Below, piece after piece: positions 33,301 through 42,300 of a stretch of DNA of 64,000 nucleotides; the stretch's first letter is position 1, and each line of letters opens with the position of its first letter. This stretch comes from Candidatus Nanoarchaeia archaeon (GTDB taxonomy: Archaea > Nanobdellota > Nanobdellia > Woesearchaeales > SKIA01): the NCBI GenBank assembly GCA_028279685.1, contig JANQNG010000053.1, positions 12,347 through 76,346 of the forward strand, written 5' to 3'. Position numbers and translations under genes: made by a program. Under the pieces are notes generated by a model that did not search any database, was not told the DNA's origin, and worked only from the letters and a program-made list of their open reading frames with translations.

Positions 33301-36300
33301 GAATGTCTATGAATGATACAGGATATATTACGTGGACTCCAAACAGTACACATGGAGGAAATACTTATTCTGTTACTGTCGTTGTAAATGATACAAGTAA
33401 TGCGCAGGATAATCTTTCTTGGGATATTACAGTGAATGATGTTAATGATCCTCCTAATATTACTTCATCACCATCGGTGAATGCCACTGAAGATGTTAGT
33501 TATACATATAATGTAATCGCTACTGATCCGGAAAATGATACATTAAGTTATTATCTCACGATCTATCCTTCTGGTATGACGGTCACTATTTCCACAGGCC
33601 AAGTAAGTTGGACTCCAACAAATAGCGATATCGGATTCAATAATGTGACATTGCAGGTGATAGAAAATGCTACTGCGGATCATTATAGTACAACCCAGAA
33701 TTGGAGTGTTTATGTGAGTAATGTGAATGATGCTCCTGTTCTCTCAGGAATACCTGATCAGTCATTCGCAGAAGATTCATCATCAAATGTATCGATCAAT
33801 CTTTCAGCTTATGCAAGCGATAGTGATGGAGATACATTAACGTATGCAATCCAGTCTGAGTCAAATGAAGGATTAGTTAACTGCTCTGTGAACAGCACAA
33901 CTACACTGATTACTTGTACAGATCCTTCAGCAAACGAGAATGGTGCTTCAACAGTTGTTGCTAATGTGACTGATGGGACTTCTTGGGACACCGATACGTT
34001 CACCATTACTGTCACGTCAGTTAATGATGTACCAACGTTTACTGATGTTCCTAATACTACAATAACATTAACACAAGATGTTGCCTATAGCTTTGATGTC
34101 AATGCTACAGACAATGACACTAATGATACTGTTGCTGATGTGCTCAATTATTATGATAATACAAGTTTGTTCAACATTAATCCTTCAACAGGTATCATCA
34201 GTTTTACACCGTCATCAGATGATATCGGAAATCATAGTGTTTTGATCTGGACGACAGATCAGTCTAGTGCTAATGATACATATGCATTTACTGTTACTGT
34301 ACAAGATGCTAACGATGCTCCAACAGGAACTCCTATTCCGAACATGCAATGGAATGAAGATACCAATGCGAGTATAAATCTAAGTGAATATTTCACCGAT
34401 GCTGATGGTGATGTATTGAATTTCACTGCAGCTGTCCATAACGATACGCAAAATATCACTATAACGATAAACAATGAAACAGGTATTGCACTCCTTGTGT
34501 CTGCAGCAAATTGGTACGGAAAAAGAAATGTGACTTTTAATGCATCTGATCCGTCAGCAGCAGTAGCTTCAATTTACGTGAATTTGACAGTGTCCTCAGT
34601 GAATGATCTTCCTGTGGTTGCTGTCTCGAACATTTCATTGCAGGAAGATAGTGCTGTGCAGTTTATCAATATATCAGGCAATGTGAGTGATGTTGATCAA
34701 TCAGATCTAACGGCAATTGTATGGGCTATTGATTCATCAAATACATTCTCTGCAGATCTTGGGACTGCACAAATTATTAACAATACTTATCTAAGAATTG
34801 CGTTGACGGCAAATGCATTTGGCAATGATACTATCAGACTAAAAGCAACTGATACTCCTGGAGGAAGTGGTTATCAGACGTTATTGATCAATGTGACAGG
34901 AGTCAATGATGCTCCTTCAACACCAACTATAGTAATTCAACCTTCAGCACCTACACCAACTGATGATTTGACCTGTTCAAGAACACAGAATGCAACAGAT
35001 ATAGATGAGGATACTATTGTTTATTTCATTGATTGGTATAAAGATGGTGTGTTGCAAACTTCATATACAAATACAAGTACGGTTAGCAGTGCTGCTACTT
35101 CATCAGATGAACTTTGGAGCTGTGTAATGACTGCTTTTGATGGCACGGTTAATGGAACAGCAGCAAACACAAGCACTACTATCGGGAACAATCCTCCAAC
35201 CATACCGACAATAGCATTCACGCCATCATTACCATATACATCAGATATGCTCTATTGTAATGTTACAACAAACAGCACTGATGCAGATAATGATTCTATT
35301 GATTATCTCTATGAGTTCTATAAAGATAATATCTTGAATTTCACTAATCAAACAAATGTTACCTATGCTCCATTGCCATCTGCGTTGACAGCAAAAGGAG
35401 AGGTGTGGAAGTGCAGTGTACGTGCTTATGATAATAAAAGCTATAGCAATAGTACTTCGTCGACGAGAACAATCATTAACACAGAGCCTGTTGTTACAGT
35501 CAATTCACCAGTATCTGGTACACCGAGTGTTGTTGAGCCTGATTATCAAGAGTTCAATCTCTCTGTCTATGACGCAGACAATGATTTCATCTCCTTCACT
35601 TGGACAAAAGATGCTGTGCAGATGGTTGAAAACAACTCTAATGAAACATTTTCATCATATAGCTACTATAATAACTACACAGAAGCAGGTAATCATACTA
35701 TTGTTGTCTCAGCCAGTGATGGTCAAGGCTCAGATACCTTTACTTGGACATTGATTGTGAATAATACAAACAGAGCTGTTGCACTTGATGCAATACCTGC
35801 ACAAACAATGACGGAAGATACTGCATTTTCTTTAACTATCACTGCGAATGATTCGGATACTGATGATACTTTAGTCTATGGAGAAAATACCTCTTTGTTT
35901 GCTATCGATACATCTACAGGAGTAATAAGTTTTACTCCCGACAACGATGATGCGGCAATACCAAGTAAAGTATATAATGTTAATATAACTGTGACTGATG
36001 GTGTTTCAACAGATTGGGAAGTTGTTGATTTCACCGTCAATAATGTAGAAGATGCCCCTGTATTAAGCAATATAGGATCACAAACTGCATTGACGACAAT
36101 AGATTATGTGCTTGAGATGTCAGCATCTGATGCAGATAATAGCACAATTACGTATAATGTTACTAATCTCACAACAGTTACATTCCTTGCTGATGGAGCT
36201 TTGAACTTCACTTCAAGTACGGGAGTGTTCAATCTTTCTGCAAACGCATCGCACGTAGGAACATATTTATTGAATTTCTCAGTGACTGATGGCAATACTA

Positions 36301-39300
36301 CTTCTGATGATTCAGAGATTGTTAATATTACTATCATTGACAGTAATACAGCACCAAATATTACTAGTTCATTTCCTTCATCAAATACTCCGTCGATCAA
36401 TGAAGGATCATCACAGCAATTTTGGGTAACGGTTTATGATAATGAGACTACACCAGGTGTGGCATGGTATGTTGATGATGTATTTAATAATTCTGATACT
36501 TCTTGGACATTCACCACAGATTACAGCAGTGCAGGATCATACACAATCAAAGCTATAGTCTCTGATGGCGAACAAAGTGTGCAAAAGCAATGGGTACTTA
36601 CGGTCTTGAATGTCAACAGAGATCCTATCTTATCAGCAATTGCTGACCAGACTGCTACAGAGGATCAAGAATTCTCATTAACCATATCTGCTTCAGATGC
36701 AGATGGAGATTCCTTAACGTTCTATGATAACACAAGCCTCTTCAATATCAATCCATTAACAGGAGCAATTACTTTTACACCGACTAATGCACAGAGTACA
36801 GGGGATAGAGTCATAAAAATTAGTGTTGCTGATCAACATGGTGCAATAGATACACAAGATGTAACATTCACCGTGCAAAATACTAATGATGCTCCTGTCC
36901 TCAGTGCAGTAGGTCCGCAGACAGCACAGAGTGATGTTCTTTTCACAAGATACATTTATGCAAGCGATATAGATCTTGGCATCACGGGAGTAACAGAAAG
37001 CTTGACCTATAGTGATGATACTTCATTATTTGATGTCACGACAATTAATAGTACATTAGGGGTTATTAACTTCACACCGTCGAGAAATGATATTGGAACG
37101 CATTTTATTAGAATAAGTGTTACTGACAGCAGCGATGCAGTAAGTAATGAATACATTTTCTTTGATGTGCTTGATTCTAATTCACCACCCGTGTTTACCA
37201 ATATTTCACTTTCAGGAGCAATAGAAGATAATCTTACTAGCAATGCAACTGCAGTATATTCTATTACAGAAACGACAGCAGCGTTAACGTTTAATAGTAC
37301 TGCCTATGATCCTGATGGATCGCAGATTTCAACGACATGGAAGATTGATGATGTTTTAGTGAGTTCTACTTCAGGTTATGTGTTTACGCCAAGTTATACA
37401 TCAGCTGGTAATTATACGCTTGTGCTCAATGTGACCGACGGTCTTGCTTATGTGAATAGAACATACACCATTCATGTAAGTAATGTGAACAGAGATCCTA
37501 CTATTTCTGCATTGAGTAATCAATCATTGACAGAAGACACGCTTTTTACTTATCAAATAAATGGAACTGATGCAGATAATGAACCATTAACCTATGCTAT
37601 TAATGATACGAGAATACCTATTGATCCACAAACAGGTCTCATTAATTTTACGCCGACACAGTTGCTGCTTGGCAAGAGCTCTACCACTAAAATGTTTGAG
37701 CTGAATGTGACGGTCAAAGACAATGTCTCAGGAACAAACAATGGAGAGGTATCTGCATTTGTTAACTTTACTTTGACAAATGTCAATGATGAACCTGAAC
37801 AGGTAGCTAATGTTCCCGATGCACTATTCTTTGAAGATCAGACATTCAGCATCAATCTCAGCTATTACTTTGATGATCCTGAAAATGATACATTAACCTA
37901 TGGTGTGTATGCAACGCCGGTTAATATTACAACAACGAAGATCGGCAGTGATAGTTATAATCTTACGCCTGCTGAGAATTTCTATGGGGAGAATAATATT
38001 ACATTCAATGTTTCAGATGGTGCATTGGAGATTGAATCAAATATTGTAATATTGACCGTACAGTCAATGAATGATCTTCCTTCAATTAACACATCAAATA
38101 ATAATCTTGATATCTATCTGAATGAGGATAGTGGAACGACGAGTTTTAATTTGACAGGCAATCTTACTGATTTGGAGACTCCCTTATCATCACTTGTGCT
38201 TTCTATCAGCCAAGACAATAGGTTCTCGACGGAACTTGGTAGTGCTGTGATAGAGGATAAAAATATCACGTTTACTCTTGCAAGCAATGCATACGGCAAT
38301 GACACTATACTGCTCAGAGTTACTGATGCTGATGGAGGTTATTCAACAGCAACTATGTTCGTCAATATCACTAATACAGCAGATGTACCAAGTGCTCCTT
38401 CAATTGATCTCGTGCCTGATAATGCGACAGCGAATGACAATTTGACATGTAACATTACTGCAAACAGCACCGATCCTGATGGTGATACTGTTTCTTATGT
38501 GAGGGAATGGTACAGTGGAGCAAATGTTAATAGTCTTTCATTGCAATCAGACCTTACAGGTAATGAAACTATTACTTCATCAAATACATCAGGCAGTGAA
38601 GTATGGAGATGTAATGTTTATGCGACTGATGGTACTCTCAATAGCTCGACGGTATCTGATATTATTATCACAGATAATACTCCTCCGACACAGCCAGGTA
38701 TTGTGATTCATCCATCAACAACCGTATCAAGATTAGCTACATACACTACTGATAGTTTAATCTGCAATGTCACAACAACAAGCAATGATACGGGAATTAT
38801 TTATTATAACTATACTTGGTATAAAGATGGATTGGAACAAACAAGTACAAGAACCACGGTATCGTTTGTGATGCTGAGTTCAGGTTCTACGTCAAAAGAT
38901 GAACAATGGAGATGCGGCGTGAAGGCAGAAGATGATCAAGGATCCTATAGTCAACCAGCATCATATGTGACGAGAATTCTTGATTCAACTCCAACGGTTG
39001 ATAGCAGAAGTCCATCAGATGATAATGTGACTATCACAGAAGGTCAGAATACCACCTTTATCTATGTTGTTGCTGATGCAGATAATGATGCTATAAGTTA
39101 TGCTTGGGAACTTGATGATGTTGCAGTGAGTTCAGTGAGCAATTATACGTATAGTGCATCGTATACTTCCGCAGGAGTGCATGTTTTAGAGGTCGTAGCA
39201 AGTGATGGTATTAATGAACTTTCAGCAAGCTGGGATATCACCGTAACTGAAGTGGCAAGAGCACCAGTTATATCGACAGTGCTTGAAGATACTATTACGG

Positions 39301-42300
39301 TGTTTGAAGATGAATCTTATCAGGTTGATATTGTGGCGAGTGATCCTGATGGAGATGCGTTGACATTCTATGACAATACAGGATTGTTTGATATTGGTCA
39401 AACTTCAGGAAGAATTAACTTTACGGCAACGCAAGATCATGCCGATACAGGTAGTTATTCTGTTATTATTACAGTGACTGATGGTAATAACAACGATACA
39501 CTTTCAACGACATTCAGCATCGTAAACATTAATGATGCACCTGTATTGAGAAATATAGGAGATCAAACAGCACGTTCAGATAGACAATACACGCTAAGAA
39601 CGTCAGCATCAGATGATGATGGTGATACAATGACGTATTCAATGATCGGGCTTGATGCGTCATATCTAAATGTATCAACAGGAATACTTAATTTTACGCC
39701 AAGTAGAGAAGATATTGGCACAAGCAATGTCACCATAATTGTAAGTGATGGCAACGGAGGTCAGGATTCAGAAACATTCTCTTTTACCGTGCTTGATTCA
39801 AATCATCCACCATTTATTGTTTCGGCAACGCCAAACTCCAGCAATGTGACTATTAATGAACTTGAATCGCAGACGTTTGGCATTGTAGCTAGTGATCCTG
39901 ATAATACAACGCCTTCAATAACATGGTATAGAAATGGTACGCTTATAGCAGGTGAAATAGGTAATACTTTTACTTTTACTTCAAACTACAGTGATGCAGG
40001 AGATTATTTGTATGAGGCTCAGGCGAGCGATGGTATTATGACTGTAACACAGAGTTGGATTTTGACAGTGTTGAATCTCAACAGAGATCCGTTCTTCAAT
40101 GACTTTGCAAATCAAAATCTTACTGAAGATATTGCTTATTCAATGACAGTAACTGCTGTGGATCCTGATGGGAATGATCTCAGGTATTACAGCAATTCAA
40201 CATACTTTATCATTGACACAGATAATGGCACTATAAGTTTCACACCGACACAATCAATGCTTGGGTATAATGAATCAGTATCAGAAGAGGTTGGTATATT
40301 TGCAGAGGATGGTAATGGAGGATTTGGATCAACATCAATACTCTTTACTATTAATAATGTAAATGATGCACCGGTGCTTTCACCAGTAGGAACATTGACG
40401 GTGCTAAGCGGAGAGACTTTGTCAATGCAGCTTTCTGCAACTGATGTAGACTCATTGAGTTTAAGTTATGCTGATTCAGGATTTGATGGATTTAATATGA
40501 ATAATTCAGGATACATTAATCATACTTTTACAGCACAAGATCTTGGGTCACATGAAGTACTCCTTACGGTTGATGACGGGGATGGTGGTGTTGATGCTGA
40601 AGTTGTAATTATAAATGTACTCGATAGTAATCAGTATACGCCAAGTGTAGATTCATTCACACCTGCATCGAATCTTTCAATCAATGAAACTGAGTCAGTA
40701 GCATTTACTGTATCAACATCCGATGGTGATGGAACTACACCTACCATTAGATGGCTCGTTAATAATGAAATAGTAAAAGTTGAAACAGCAAGTTCATCAA
40801 CATACTACTACAGAACAACCTATGATACGGGAGCAGGAACAAATAACATCACCGTGAATGTTAGTGATGGAAGTAAAAGTTCAACTGAAACAAGAGCGGT
40901 TACTGTCCTGAACAAGAATAGAGCTCCTATTATTATACCATTAGGTAATCAATATGTTATTGAGGATAATTGGCACTACTTCAGATTTGATGTCGTCGAT
41001 CCTGATGAAGGAGATACCTTATTCTTCCATGCTAATTCGACACTTTTCGAGATCACCTCTATAGGGGAGAATATTATTGAGTATTCATTCTTCCCCACAC
41101 AAGCAGATGTTGGCGTGCATGAAATGACAGCGAGAGCAATGGATGGTACAACAGTGACAACTTTAGTTTTCAATATTACTGTTGTTGCAAGTAATGATGA
41201 TCCTATAATAACTACAATCCCTGCATTATTCTGCGATCAGGATGATGGCACTGATTGTGCATATGATGTTGAAGCATCAGACTCAGACGATACTGATCTC
41301 ATCTATGAGGCATTCACCGATCTTTTCACAATAAACCCATCAACAGGAGCATTCTCATTTGATGATTCAAATGTGCAAGCAGGATATTATGAAATTATGG
41401 TGCGTGTTTCCGACGATGAAGGTGCCTTTGATTTTGATATCCTTAGGCTTTTCATAGCAGATACCAATGAGTATCCAAGAATTGACAAAGTGATGCCTAC
41501 AAACAGCACGCAAAACATTTCGGAGTCAGAGTCAATAGATTTCGTTATTGATGCATGGGATCCTGATGGAAATGTTCCAACGGTAACATGGTTGGTTGAT
41601 GATGTAACGCAAGATAGACAGGCATTGCAAGAAAGATTTACCTTCAGAACAAACTATACACAGTCAGGCACATACACCATCACAGCAAGAGCTTATGATG
41701 GAAATTATGCCAATACAACATCTTGGACGGTCATCGTGAACAACGTAAGAGATTCAGACAATGATTATATCCCTGATTACTATCCAAATACCACGTTATG
41801 GGACAACTGCAGATACGTCTATAATCCTGGCCAGGTAGATCTGGATGATGATAATGAAGGAGATATCTGTGAGAATAATCTTGATGGAGATACCGTGCCT
41901 GATGATAGAGATAATGTCTTAGGAGATGCTAATAATCTTCAGTCTGATAGTTTTGATCACTTCTCGTTGCATATTGGAGGGGGAGATAATCTCAATCAAG
42001 AGTTTGATGGATCAAACAATGTACGATTCTTTGAAACTGAGTATTCGCTTGCTAATGGTGCTGCGACATCCGCACCCCTTATTGACATGGACTTCAACTT
42101 CAGCAATGGAACTCTTGATATGGGAAATTTCAGCATGGATCAACAAGCAGGAGGAGCCAGTGAAGGAAGTTTCTTAGCACAAGGATTTCCTTCAGGAGAA
42201 ACTAAAACAATCTATGTCGACAGTATACTCGAAGATAGCACAGTATGTATTGAAGATGCTGAAATAACTAGCATTGCAAGTATATCAACAGGATGTGCTG

